This document shows, in pieces, positions 40,801 to 49,582 of a DNA stretch of 64,000 bases (position 1 is its first letter; each line of letters begins with the position of its first letter). This stretch comes from Myxococcota bacterium (GTDB lineage: Bacteria; Myxococcota_A; SURF-8), in assembly GCA_965140415.1 (NCBI GenBank), contig OZ223209.1:3296001-3360000 (forward strand), given 5' to 3'. Under the pieces are notes generated by a model. It was not told the DNA's origin and did not search any database. It was given only the letters and a program-made list of their open reading frames with translations. The translations under genes and the position numbers were made by a program.

Positions 40801-42608
40801 TCTGGAATTGGGCCGCCATTGGGATTGCCGCCTATAAGCAATGGCATTTGATTGTAGGTAATTGTTCCCTGGCATGAAACAGAACTCCTGAGGTTACCGT
40901 TGATATAGATTTTCAGAAATGCATTATCAAAGGTTATTGATACATTGAACCATTGGTCTAAAGAAATCATTTCAGAGGAGGTGGCACCAATGTTGTTCTC
41001 GCCAATGCGAAGAATTGCCAGGAGTTTGTTTTCGGAATCAACAGACAAGCCAAAGCCGGAACCTTGTTGACAACTCAGTATCGTATCACTGTTGTTGGTT
41101 CCTGAAACCGGGTAGACCCAGACTGTTGCAGTGAACTCTTGAGGTTCCAATGCAGGATTTGTATCTATTGTAATGAATGTGCTATTCCCATCAAATTCGA
41201 TGGAACCATTTGAATCACCAAATGCCCCATCTACATTGTTTAAAGTCCCATTGCATATCCCATCATTCCCATTCCCCGAATAATCAAGCGCCTGCCCGTT
41301 GTCCAGCTTCCAGTAACCCACCACCGAATCGTCCAGTATCCCGTTGACCAGCGGAATTTCGATGGGCTCATGGGTTCGTTGCCAGGTCGACAAACCACTT
41401 GTACTTTCCGTGTCTTCAGTTCCCACATCGGCATCGCCATCGGCGGCTTGCTCATCTTCCGGCTGATAAAGGGCAATCTCCCGCTTTCCGCCATATACTG
41501 TGCTGTGGTCCGCCCAGATTTCGCAGGCACTCGGGGCGTTGTCGGGGTTCCATACCGTCGGGCAGGTGTCGTGTTCGATTAGAACGCAATCAGGCGCGAA
41601 GCAAACGCCGTCGTGGTCGTCGTCCGGCTCGATGGGCGCACACCAGAAATCCCCATGCCCGGCCTCGAACCAGCCTTCGGCGCACTGCCCGCATTGATTG
41701 CCAGCGTACCCATCGTCGCAGTCGCAGGAACCATCGGCCGGATCGCAATCGCCGTAGCCGGAGCAAATTTCAAGGGTGGTGTACAGGCATTCGCCCATCG
41801 CACAGAAATCGAGTAAGGTGCAGGCATTATCGTCTGTACAGGACTGTTCATCATCGTTCTGGTCCGTACAGACGTTTTGTTCACAAGCCAGAACGGTGCA
41901 GGGCTTGTCGTCTTCGGCATAATCGCCGCAGCCCGCCACGTCGAAGCAGTCCTGGCAAATACCGGAGGCGCACTGGTCGGCATTGTTCTCGCCGCAGACG
42001 GTTCCATTGACTACCGGATTGGAATTCGCGCACTGGCCACCATTGCATTGGCCTATAGTCAAACAGGGTTCGAGTTCGTTGCAATCCGTGCCGTTATCCA
42101 CGTTGCGCCAGGCTTCGGGCTTGTTGAGCGGATCACAGTAGTGGCAGCTATTTCCACGCTGCGTTTCGTTTTCGTCGTAGCAGACGCCGCCGATCAGGCA
42201 ATGCCAGCGGTCGCGCTCGTGCTCGCAGCGGCCCGAGCGGCAACGGTCGTCCGTACAGGAGAGTCCATCTTCTGGGCAGGCCTCGCCCTCATTGATGGGC
42301 TGGCCGTCCGGATTGCAACAAACCGACTCCGCCGGGTTGCAGAGGATGGTTTCGGAGTCGCCGTCGGTTGTGATGTCGTAGTCGGCTTCTTCGTCGCCGT
42401 CAATGGGTGTATCGCCGTCGCTTCCGTCGCCATCAGCGATGGCCTCTTCGTCTCCGTCTGGATGGGTGTCCATGTCGGCATCGCCGTCCGTGACGGGTGT
42501 GTCGCTATCGCCATCGGTTTGACCGGCAGGCTCTTCCCACTCGAACCAGTTGCAGGCGGAGAGGAAGATGGCACAGATAGAAATAATGATCGCTACTCGA
42601 ATGCTCAT
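37803..42608 (-). CDS. Giant lipoprotein: DGD linker, Cys-rich/EGF-like repeats, 3 LamG domains, TSP3-like repeats, C-terminal FGE-sulfatase (CLec-fold) domain
   Basis: Lipobox LSAC; GYWKLD/GWWRF...GxID(E/D/S)V x3; DNCP..NADQAD.DADG.G.ACDNC; RLPTEAEWEY, GLYDMSGNVHEW, GFRLV. Confidence 0.87.
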   Translation of the reverse strand: MSIRVAIIISICAIFLSACNWFEWEEPAGQTDGDSDTPVTDGDADMDTHPDGDEEAIADGDGSDGDTPIDGDEEADYDITTDGDSETILCNPAESVCCNPDGQPINEGEACPEDGLSCTDDRCRSGRCEHERDRWHCLIGGVCYDENETQRGNSCHYCDPLNKPEAWRNVDNGTDCNELEPCLTIGQCNGGQCANSNPVVNGTVCGENNADQCASGICQDCFDVAGCGDYAEDDKPCTVLACEQNVCTDQNDDEQSCTDDNACTLLDFCAMGECLYTTLEICSGYGDCDPADGSCDCDDGYAGNQCGQCAEGWFEAGHGDFWCAPIEPDDDHDGVCFAPDCVLIEHDTCPTVWNPDNAPSACEIWADHSTVYGGKREIALYQPEDEQAADGDADVGTEDTESTSGLSTWQRTHEPIEIPLVNGILDDSVVGYWKLDNGQALDYSGNGNDGICNGTLNNVDGAFGDSNGSIEFDGNSTFITIDTNPALEPQEFTATVWVYPVSGTNNSDTILSCQQGSGFGLSVDSENKLLAILRIGENNIGATSSEMISLDQWFNVSITFDNAFLKIYINGNLRSSVSCQGTITYNQMPLLIGGNPNGGPIPEATTYFHGHIDEVLLFNRALSPDEIRAYYDSRAPYSTKMTPGAQDDFDDIRVTQTSAQVDGATTEHLIPHEILGPRPHSDTPCPAEYDATPVADIPHIADREDLCGVVGYWKLDGNAEDASGNGHDGTNNGAITSIGRFGDYDGAIRSDDDKYIEVSDEPDFLLVEGTWETWVFAEHCPTTETQRIMSKTYPDDTYGNGAIIQIDTSCKLEFSHRLMSTEIVRRLKSQQSIELRKWMHIAVTWNGSIAKLYVDGLANNSTNDETEVSAVGIPLRFGCNSYGGHCFSGKIDDVLIHSVAKSPEYIYRRANPGLPTVRFLVNTEPEDVSGGADGPFAWMRYWLNWSNPDANQHLPIVSGLYDNTLGNYPHCYGLLSECTGYAGWWRFNEGAGTVAVDSSANKNNGTLLGDDGPPQWVAGREGTALSFDGVDDHVEIPEHSTLMPVNQVAVDSVIMADTNTNEEPHVLYYRVRDLLGYDLFLDYLGGGEGNLSFTALGDEGRCSSGNNIGSIPEPEVWHSVVGHHDDGSISVWYDQSLDQENVCDFTIEGHEPYNIFIGTSRPIWNAWFHGLIDSVRIMNRALEPDEFLHYPLASWELSALTAQDGTTPFDYDADGIPDDGDGSLAAYDNPCTGGETASCDDNCPATQNADQADPDADGVGTACDNCPDDYNPVQEDFDNDGLGDACDDFVSIRAGTFWMGSPDEVDCPEGYPGTCVEELGRYEDETLHEVTLTYDFEMQAHEVTQGEWFTAFGKKPSYFGPNGDGENCGDNCPVERVNWHEALAYANWISMENGLTPCFTLTNCSGTLGGGCSGAEEWCLSGAYSCTVSLNDVPKPQDCAGYRLPTEAEWEYSIRSGSEYTAIYQSNGNDGTITNVGCMLDDNLDQIGWYCGNSNETAHPVGEKETNRWGLYDMSGNVHEWTWDWYQESYENDVATDPVGPASGSTHVIRGGFLSGGARECRSAGRNAASPGDRYYNVGFRLVRTLHPETPPADGDADRRD

Positions 42609-42610
42609 CG

Positions 42611-45600
42611 TTATTTACTTTCCGGATGCAGGCTACGGACCAGGCGGAAGCCGATATTAAAATTCCTAAAGCCGGGAAGAAAACTAGCGCGGTTAGAGGA
42701 TCGGCATACTCTGGCATCGCTACGCATTGCTCCGCCACGAAGTACGCGGTACGTTGCATCACAAATTCCACCTTCTGGATCAATACCCAAGCCTGTGTTA
42801 TCGGAACAATATTTATCCCACGTCCATTCACTTACATTACCACTCATATCAAATAAACCAAGATCATTGCCTGCTTTGAGCCCTCTTGGCTGAGTCCAAG
42901 TTGAGTTTCCGCAGTACCAGGCTATCTGATTCAAATTGACATCCTGCTCACATTGAGTCATTGTCAGTGTGCCATCGTTGCCATTGCTCCTATAAAGAGC
43001 GGAATATTGGTTGCCACTTCGAATAGCATATTCCCACTCAGCGTCTGTCGGCAACCGGTAGCCTGAGCATTGTTGCGGCTTTGTTAACCCATTAATAATA
43101 CTCACGCTAGCCGACTCAATCCCACCCTGATTTTCGTTCATGCACGCCAAGAAATCAGTGTCCTGTGCAGAGCCATCCTCACATACTACATCGGAAAATT
43201 CATAGCATTGTATGAATCCGGAGAGCTCTGATCGAATATTGGCATAGGCCAGAGCGTCATACCAGGAGACCATTTCTAGCGGACAGTTAACCAATGTGCC
43301 ATTAGGGCAATTACCGGTGGTGCTCGGATTCCATGTCGTCATGGAAATCCACTCATTTTGAGACACTTCATATTTCATGATTTCGAAATCATAGGTCAAA
43401 GTCACTTCATGTAAAGTCTCGTCCCCACCCCGCCCCGGCTCATTGATGCACTCCCCCGGATATCCTTCCGGGCAATCCACACCATCCGGTGAACCCATCC
43501 AGAAGGTACCAGCCTGGATAGGGATAAAAGAGCTATGCCCGCTTGCGCACTCGGCATGATAGGCGGCAGTCTCCACGCAGGTGTCACCGGGCGGACAGTT
43601 TTCGGTGATGGACCACTCGCCCGTCTGGCCGCAGGAGAGGATCGTTCCTGCTTCTACGCCGCATTTGCTCCATCCGGTGACGCATTCGATCCAATCGCGT
43701 TCAACGCCTTCGCCGTCGCCGGTTCGGGAGGCCGTACCTTCCAGCGACCCCGGCGGCAGTTGCCCGTGCGCGGCAAATACGGCATCGTCGCGCCCCACGT
43801 CGAAATGCCACAGGCCGATGGTGTGCTCGTCCGGTTCAAAGCGGAAAGCGGGGGTGAAGTCCTCGGTGTAGCGGACGGTGTCGGAGATGCGGACTTCGTC
43901 GATGTGGCCTTTGAAATATCCTTGAGCATCGTCATTTGGATTCCAACCGAGATGCGTGATAGGCGAATTGACTGGTGTAAATGTTTCAGGAGTGAACGAA
44001 ACCTGCCCCACATTCCGACCATCTAGATATAGTGTTGCACTTCCCGTTTGTTTAACGACGGCAATGTGATGCCATCGACCAGGAACGACCGATCCGGAAG
44101 GCGAAGACACATTCCAAGATGGCCCTTGTTCTCGATAATCCAGGACTCCATTATCATAAACTTTCAAAGCAACGGTTTGCGGGTCACTTTCACCGTACAA
44201 GACTTCCCATAAATAAGCGGCCTCACTTGGCCCATCCCAACGGAACCATAACTCCAAAGTACCTATATCGTGCGGTCGAAAGAGATAATCATCAGCTAAA
44301 GTTACGTGCGAGGAGATGCCGTCGAATCCGATGGTCTTGTCTTCCATGCAGGGGTCACCTTCCCGGCAAGGGCCTAGGGCGTAGAGGTATTGATCATCTG
44401 ATCCAAAAAAGAGCGTTTCGTCTGATCCGATACTTGGCGAAGAAAGAATCATGTCGCCGGTTGTGTATTGCCAGTTCAATTGTCCATTTGAATTCAAGGC
44501 ATTCATGCGGTTGCCAGTTGATCCAATGAATATTCGTCCTGCTGAATCAATCGTGGCTGAACCGTAAATCATATTTGCTTCATTGTAGGACCAACGAACT
44601 GAACCATCAGGGTTAAGTCCATGTACAGCGCCATTGTAAGTTCCGAAATACAGACTACCGTCATTGGCAATTGCTGGTGCCGACGTAACGTTACCCCCGG
44701 CACCAAACTCCCAAAGTATTTCTGCTTCGGGATCAATGGCACGAATGTATTGATCGAAGGTTCCCGCATAGATGGTTCCGTCTCGCCCAATGGAAGGATT
44801 TGAGTAGATGTAGTTGCCGGCTTCGGAAGCCCATACTTGTTCGCCATCTGGACTAAAAGCATATATCGCATCACTGCCAACATAGATTGTCCCGTTTTCT
44901 CCTATGACTGGACTTGAGCGTGTTCCTGCATTCAAGCTTTCTGACCACAATTCTTCCCCATTTGTTCCCACAGCATAAAGCTTTTCATCACAAGCGAAGT
45001 ATAGAACATTTTGATTGCCTATTACAGGAGACGAAATGACAGCCTTTGGCGTCTCAAATGTCCATTTCGGGCTGCCATCGGGATAAAAGGCATACAGGTT
45101 TTTCTCAAATCCACCGATATAAACATGGCCTTCGTGATCAATCAAAGCGGAAGAGATATAGACTCCCTTGCTGGAAATGGGAACGCGCCAATACTCTGTT
45201 CCATCCGGATGAATGGCATAGAAATAACCAAGCTTGGGCTCAGCGTTATTTCCGCAACCTACGTAAATGGTTCCATCTGAGGAAATAACCGGTGACGACC
45301 GTACCCAGTCCTCTGTCTTGAAAGCCCACCTCAGTGTCGGTTCTTCAGGGCCGTAGTATTGACTCTTACCCTGATGGGTTGGACATCCTCCGAACATCGG
45401 CCACGGACTCCCCGCCTGTAAGCCACTCATATCCCCGCAGGAGCCGCCTTGATCCGGCGCGCAGATTTTGGTATCAATATCCTCACCCGGCCAACAGGAC
45501 TGGGTAGTCGAATCGCATTCCCAGCAGATTTGGGTGTCGGCAATGCATTCGCCGCAGCTGTAGCAGCCATTGGGACTCTGACCGCATGCAATGTACTCAG

Positions 45601-46591
45601 TGCAATCGTTTTCCACGAAAGCCGTACCCGTGCAGACGCCGCCGACGCACTCGCTGGCGGTGGAGCAGTCGTCCTCATCGTCGCAGACGAAGCCGGTGTC
45701 GGGACGGGCCGTCCAGTCAGTTTGAGAGGTATCCGGCGCACAGACTTCGCAAACGTTGGCCGGATTGGCTTCCTCGGCTTCGGGGCAGGTTTCGCCGATC
45801 AGGCAGTGGCCGGTTTGAACGGGATAGTTGCAACTTCCGTCACCCAAACACGTCGCGCCGTCGATTTGTTCGCAGAAACCTGGCGTTTCGCAAGTGTAAG
45901 CAGTGCCTTCGCAGGATTTGTCCGGTTGACATTGATCCGTGTGCGTACAGGATTCTTCATCATCGCAGACCGCGCCTTCGTCGGCCGGATAGGAGCAACC
46001 GCCCGCACCGTCACAGATTGCACCCTCTGCTGTCTCACAGAAACCTGGACTTTCACAGGCATACCCCGTCCCGGCGCATGATTTGTCCCGCTGACAGAGG
46101 TCGGTGTGGGTGCAGGATTCCTGATCGTTGCAGGTGTCACCTTCAGCCGCCGGATAGGAGCAGGAGCCGTCGCCGTTGCAGGTCGCCCCCTGGGCTGTTT
46201 CGCAGAAGCCCGGCGTATCGCAGGTGTAGGGCGTGCCAACGCATTGGTGATTTCGCTCGCACTGGTCGTTGAAGGTGCACAGGTTGTTGTCATTGCAGGG
46301 GGTGCCGTGGGTGTCCCAATGGCAGCCGTCCGAGCAGCAGCGCGTCCCGCGAGCACACTGGCAGCCTTCGGGGATGTCCGCTTCGATGTCACCGTCTACA
46401 GGTGAATCGCTATCGCCATCCGTGATGGAGTCTTCGTCGCCATCCGTGCTGCCATCGATTTCATTATCGCCGTCCGTGACCGGCGTATCGGTATCGCCGT
46501 CCATCATATCGTTCGGCTCTTCCCACTCGAACCAGTCACAGGCAGGAAGCAAGCAGACGATCAGAAGAATTGACAGAGCGCGAAGCGGCAT
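42611..46591 (-). CDS. Giant lipoprotein: DGD linker, Cys-rich repeats, PQQ-like beta-propeller, LamG, C-terminal FGE-sulfatase (CLec-fold) domain
   Basis: Lipobox LPAC; SSPxIxxDGTIYVG repeats; FKGHIDEVRIS; RLPTDAEWEY, DMSGNVSEW, GFRLV. Confidence 0.87.
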   Translation of the reverse strand: MPLRALSILLIVCLLPACDWFEWEEPNDMMDGDTDTPVTDGDNEIDGSTDGDEDSITDGDSDSPVDGDIEADIPEGCQCARGTRCCSDGCHWDTHGTPCNDNNLCTFNDQCERNHQCVGTPYTCDTPGFCETAQGATCNGDGSCSYPAAEGDTCNDQESCTHTDLCQRDKSCAGTGYACESPGFCETAEGAICDGAGGCSYPADEGAVCDDEESCTHTDQCQPDKSCEGTAYTCETPGFCEQIDGATCLGDGSCNYPVQTGHCLIGETCPEAEEANPANVCEVCAPDTSQTDWTARPDTGFVCDDEDDCSTASECVGGVCTGTAFVENDCTEYIACGQSPNGCYSCGECIADTQICWECDSTTQSCWPGEDIDTKICAPDQGGSCGDMSGLQAGSPWPMFGGCPTHQGKSQYYGPEEPTLRWAFKTEDWVRSSPVISSDGTIYVGCGNNAEPKLGYFYAIHPDGTEYWRVPISSKGVYISSALIDHEGHVYIGGFEKNLYAFYPDGSPKWTFETPKAVISSPVIGNQNVLYFACDEKLYAVGTNGEELWSESLNAGTRSSPVIGENGTIYVGSDAIYAFSPDGEQVWASEAGNYIYSNPSIGRDGTIYAGTFDQYIRAIDPEAEILWEFGAGGNVTSAPAIANDGSLYFGTYNGAVHGLNPDGSVRWSYNEANMIYGSATIDSAGRIFIGSTGNRMNALNSNGQLNWQYTTGDMILSSPSIGSDETLFFGSDDQYLYALGPCREGDPCMEDKTIGFDGISSHVTLADDYLFRPHDIGTLELWFRWDGPSEAAYLWEVLYGESDPQTVALKVYDNGVLDYREQGPSWNVSSPSGSVVPGRWHHIAVVKQTGSATLYLDGRNVGQVSFTPETFTPVNSPITHLGWNPNDDAQGYFKGHIDEVRISDTVRYTEDFTPAFRFEPDEHTIGLWHFDVGRDDAVFAAHGQLPPGSLEGTASRTGDGEGVERDWIECVTGWSKCGVEAGTILSCGQTGEWSITENCPPGDTCVETAAYHAECASGHSSFIPIQAGTFWMGSPDGVDCPEGYPGECINEPGRGGDETLHEVTLTYDFEIMKYEVSQNEWISMTTWNPSTTGNCPNGTLVNCPLEMVSWYDALAYANIRSELSGFIQCYEFSDVVCEDGSAQDTDFLACMNENQGGIESASVSIINGLTKPQQCSGYRLPTDAEWEYAIRSGNQYSALYRSNGNDGTLTMTQCEQDVNLNQIAWYCGNSTWTQPRGLKAGNDLGLFDMSGNVSEWTWDKYCSDNTGLGIDPEGGICDATYRVLRGGAMRSDARVCRSSNRASFLPGFRNFNIGFRLVRSLHPESK
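45820..46305 (-). repeat. Three tandem ~52-aa Cys-rich repeats
   Basis: C.D...CT..D.C......C.GT.Y.C..PGFCE...GA.C.G.G.C.YP x3. Confidence 0.8.
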
Positions 46592-46592
46592 C

Positions 46593-47417
46593 CTACCACC
46601 TCACCAGCAAGGAGGCAGCCACACCGTCCTTCTGGGGAGCGATGCCAAAGGAAACCGGCTCAGGTTCATTCGGCTCGCCGTTCTTCTTTTTCACGGCATC
46701 CACGATCCACAAGGCCGCACCCGTCACCATCGCCGCGCCGCCGATGGTCCAGCATGCGATTGTCGCTCCTTTCCAGCCATTAAAAGAGCTTTTGTCACCA
46801 TCGTCTTTGGCGGCTTTCATCTGGCTCATGCCGACAAAACCGATGACGGTCACCCCCAGACCCGAGAAAAAAGTTCCGTAAGCGGCTTTCTCGTAGACGC
46901 TCATCTCCCCTTGGCTGACGCCGGAATCCGTTTTATTGCCAAAGAGATCCGCCGCTGCCTGGGGCACGATTTTAACGAGATCCGTCAACGAGCCTTCCAC
47001 CTGACGACTGATACGCTTGATGACCTCCGCCGTCCGCACGTTGATGCGGCGAAGATTCAGAACGTAAATACCACCCACGCGCCCCAGGTCGCCCGCCACG
47101 ACCTCCGGAACACCTAAGGCCGCCCCGATCTCGGCGATGCAGTTGTCGCTCTCCGCGCCGCAGTTCTGCTTGGTTTCTTCGCCACGTAAAATGGTCTGGA
47201 TATCAGTTTCGCTGATCACTTTTTTACCGGACTGCTTCTCCACCTCGGCGCTGATGATGCCGGTCAGGGAATCGATGTCATTTTCGGAAACGCCGGTCTT
47301 CGCCTCCAGCCGCCAAACCACCAGACCGTCACGCTCTTCGGCGTATACCCAAGTCGACGACAGGACACAGATAACCAGCAACAATAAACCAAGAGATGTC
47401 GAAAGGTTTCGATGCAT
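46593..47417 (-). CDS. Secreted/outer-membrane protein with a TolB-N/CsgG-like domain and a hydrophobic C-terminal region
   Basis: Signal peptide; CIAEIGAALGV..VVAGDLGRVGGIYVLNL; ends ASLLVRW; first gene of a three-gene operon. Confidence 0.6.
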   Translation of the reverse strand: MHRNLSTSLGLLLLVICVLSSTWVYAEERDGLVVWRLEAKTGVSENDIDSLTGIISAEVEKQSGKKVISETDIQTILRGEETKQNCGAESDNCIAEIGAALGVPEVVAGDLGRVGGIYVLNLRRINVRTAEVIKRISRQVEGSLTDLVKIVPQAAADLFGNKTDSGVSQGEMSVYEKAAYGTFFSGLGVTVIGFVGMSQMKAAKDDGDKSSFNGWKGATIACWTIGGAAMVTGAALWIVDAVKKKNGEPNEPEPVSFGIAPQKDGVAASLLVRW

Positions 47418-47663
47418 ATGCAGACTCCGCTGACGCTAAGTATTGCGTGACGTTGGAAAAGGGCTCTACCTATCCGTTATCGAGGGCTTACTGTACTAAA
47501 AACACTCGCCAATATCAAGAATTAACAGGCGATTACAGAAGGTTACTTCAGTGTCAAAATGATCGGTCTGGCAGACGCGACGCTTTATCCGGGAACTCCC
47601 GATGTCGATTCACCGTCAACCTGACCTGTTTGAGAGACGGCTCTGTCTCCCGATTTGGGACCC

Positions 47664-47900
47664 CTAGAGGTGCAGGTCCGCACCGTCCGTCACGTTCCGC
47701 CATGGCTGCTTTTTCGAGGCGGATGGGCCGATGCGCACCATCTCCAGCACCTCGGCGTACTCTCTGGCTTCCTCACGGCTCAGCGGCTGCGGGGTCATAG
47801 GAACGCTAGCAGACACTGGGTAAATGAAGATATCTGTTCCGGTGAGCAGATCTGCGAAACGCTCAGCCCCGCTGAAGCGGTTTGCCATTAGCCCGAAAAT
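47664..47900 (-). pseudogene. Nitroreductase-family gene fragment
   Basis: PLSREEAREYAEVLEMVRIGPSASKKQPWR resembles R.APSA.N.QPW; no full ORF. Confidence 0.55.
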
Positions 47901-48109
47901 CACCCAAAAAAATCTGAGACGGCCGGTCACGGGAGCATTTTCAATCTCGTCCGGCCGTTTCTTTTACCTGCCGACCGACAAGTTGACTGTCGGATTTTCG
48001 CAATTTCCCGGAAATCGACCTGATTGGTAGTAGAGGGAGGGGCCGTTTCCTGGCCGAAATCGAATTTTCCATAGGCCTAAGCGTATACGACGGCCGTCGC
48101 GCGTCGTCT

Positions 48110-48895
48110 CTAGCGAATGCCTCCCACAATAGTTTGCTCTGGCGCAGGACGGCTTTGCCAGCTGGTGTCGGCTAGTGTCACCCGCCAGACGTCTGGATCA
48201 AAACCCATCTTGACAAGCGGTCCGGTGAAGTCTTCTGGCAACGGCGTCGACAACTCAAGCGTTTCGCTCGTACGGGGGTGCGTCAGCACCAGCGAAAGCG
48301 CGTGCAGCCCCAGACGTGCAAATCCATAGTTTTCCTGTATTTGACGGTTCAGGCGGCTTTCACCGTGGTTGGCGTCGCCGATCAACGGATGACTGATTCC
48401 GTTTAAGTGACGGCGCACCTGATGCAAGTGGCCTTGGTGAGGAATGACCTCTACCAGCGACAGCGCACGTGGCTGAGCATCTACGAAAGCCAGGCGGCGG
48501 ATCTCCGTGGAGGCGGGCATGCGCTCGCCCCCTGAATGGGTCGGCAGTGGCCGCTGAACAAGCGCCGCTTCAGGAGCAATTCCCCGCACCAGCGCTAGGT
48601 AGCGCTTGCGCGTGCGACCCTCCGCGTAGGCTTGGCCCAGTTGGGCGGCCGTTTCCGGATCGAGCGCAAACAACGAAACGCCGCTGGCGCCTCGGTCGAG
48701 TCGCTGTACAAGATGCACCTTGCAGCCGACCAGCTTGCGGGCGACGTCCACCAAGGTCACGGGGTCACGAGCCCACCCCCGATGCGCCGCCACCCCCGAT
48801 GGCTTGGCCAACGCCAACAGCCATTCGTCGCGGCTCAGTTCGATGACCTGCTCAGCCAGGGCCTGCAACTGGTCCAATGGTTTGTGTTCGGCCAT
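48110..48895 (-). CDS. RluA/TruC-family pseudouridine synthase
   Basis: KPSG..H, QRLDRGASG with the catalytic Asp, KRYLALVRG, HQVRRHL...HPLIGD, LHA; start set at MAEHK. Confidence 0.85.
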   Translation of the reverse strand: MAEHKPLDQLQALAEQVIELSRDEWLLALAKPSGVAAHRGWARDPVTLVDVARKLVGCKVHLVQRLDRGASGVSLFALDPETAAQLGQAYAEGRTRKRYLALVRGIAPEAALVQRPLPTHSGGERMPASTEIRRLAFVDAQPRALSLVEVIPHQGHLHQVRRHLNGISHPLIGDANHGESRLNRQIQENYGFARLGLHALSLVLTHPRTSETLELSTPLPEDFTGPLVKMGFDPDVWRVTLADTSWQSRPAPEQTIVGGIR

Positions 48896-49164
48896 GGTCG
48901 CTCCCGATTTGAATTGACTGATCTTCGTCACGTTTAGCACGGCTTGTGGGTAATCCTCCCTTGGAATCGTGCCCACCCTGATCATGTCTCCGCTTGAAAT
49001 AAGCATGATGGATGACGATAGCATACTCCCGAAAAAGTTGAAATCAGCAAGCGCTCGCCGATTTGCTGTTGCGCAGTCCACGTAAAGAAGAAGGCTGGAA
49101 CCTTCTTCCGCCGCAAGGGGGCGGCTGGTGTAGGAATGATGGTGGGATTGTTGGTGGGCAATAC

Positions 49165-49275
49165 TCACTTCACTTTCTTCTTCAATCGTTTCGCCGCCTT
49201 GTCGAACAGCTTGCCGGTCAGTATGGCCATTGCCTGCACGACGGCGGCCTTCAGGATGCGCGTGGTCTCCTTCAT
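49165..49275 (-). CDS. 36-aa cationic amphipathic peptide (not in ORF track)
   Basis: MKETTRILKAAVVQAMAILTGKLFDKAAKRLKKKVK; ATGA overlap with the upstream stop. Confidence 0.55.
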   Translation of the reverse strand: MKETTRILKAAVVQAMAILTGKLFDKAAKRLKKKVK

Positions 49276-49562
49276 GCGTCGCGCTCGCTGTCCGGATCCC
49301 CGTCCGCGGAATCGTCGGTATCAATGAATTCATCATCAAGGCTTTCGAGGCCGTCATTGTCCATGATCAGGCGATCGAACGCATAGCCGACCAGGCCGCC
49401 GATGGCTCCGCCGGCAGCCGATCCTGCCGGTCCAACCACGGTAGCGCCGATCGAGGCCAGGACCCCTGCACCGATGGCGGCATGCCGATTCTCGCGGATG
49501 ATGGCGAAGAGCCCTTTCCGCGTTTCGTCCAGGTCCGTGTTCAGATTGTCCAAGTCGTTCAT
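49272..49562 (-). CDS. Small glycine-zipper protein with an acidic tail
   Basis: GAGVLASIGATVVGPAGSAAGGAIGGLVG; AAGGA RBS. Confidence 0.7.
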   Translation of the reverse strand: MNDLDNLNTDLDETRKGLFAIIRENRHAAIGAGVLASIGATVVGPAGSAAGGAIGGLVGYAFDRLIMDNDGLESLDDEFIDTDDSADGDPDSERDA

Positions 49563-49582
49563 TCGGGTTCCTTTCCTTCAGG

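Noticed and set aside
41877-42893. Long antisense or alternate-frame ORFs over the lipoproteins (also 16988-17599, 19885-20421, 50805-51737)
   Set aside because: Shadows of GC-rich or repetitive coding sequence with no independent motifs
37803-46591. FGE domains as active formylglycine-generating enzymes
   Set aside because: They lie at the end of surface lipoproteins with no sulfatase nearby and lack the catalytic Cys pair of the RGGSxxC motif; more likely CLec-fold binding domains
48896-49357. N-terminal extension making a 415-aa pseudouridine synthase
   Set aside because: It overlaps two better-supported small ORFs and lacks domain features; family similarity starts near 48895
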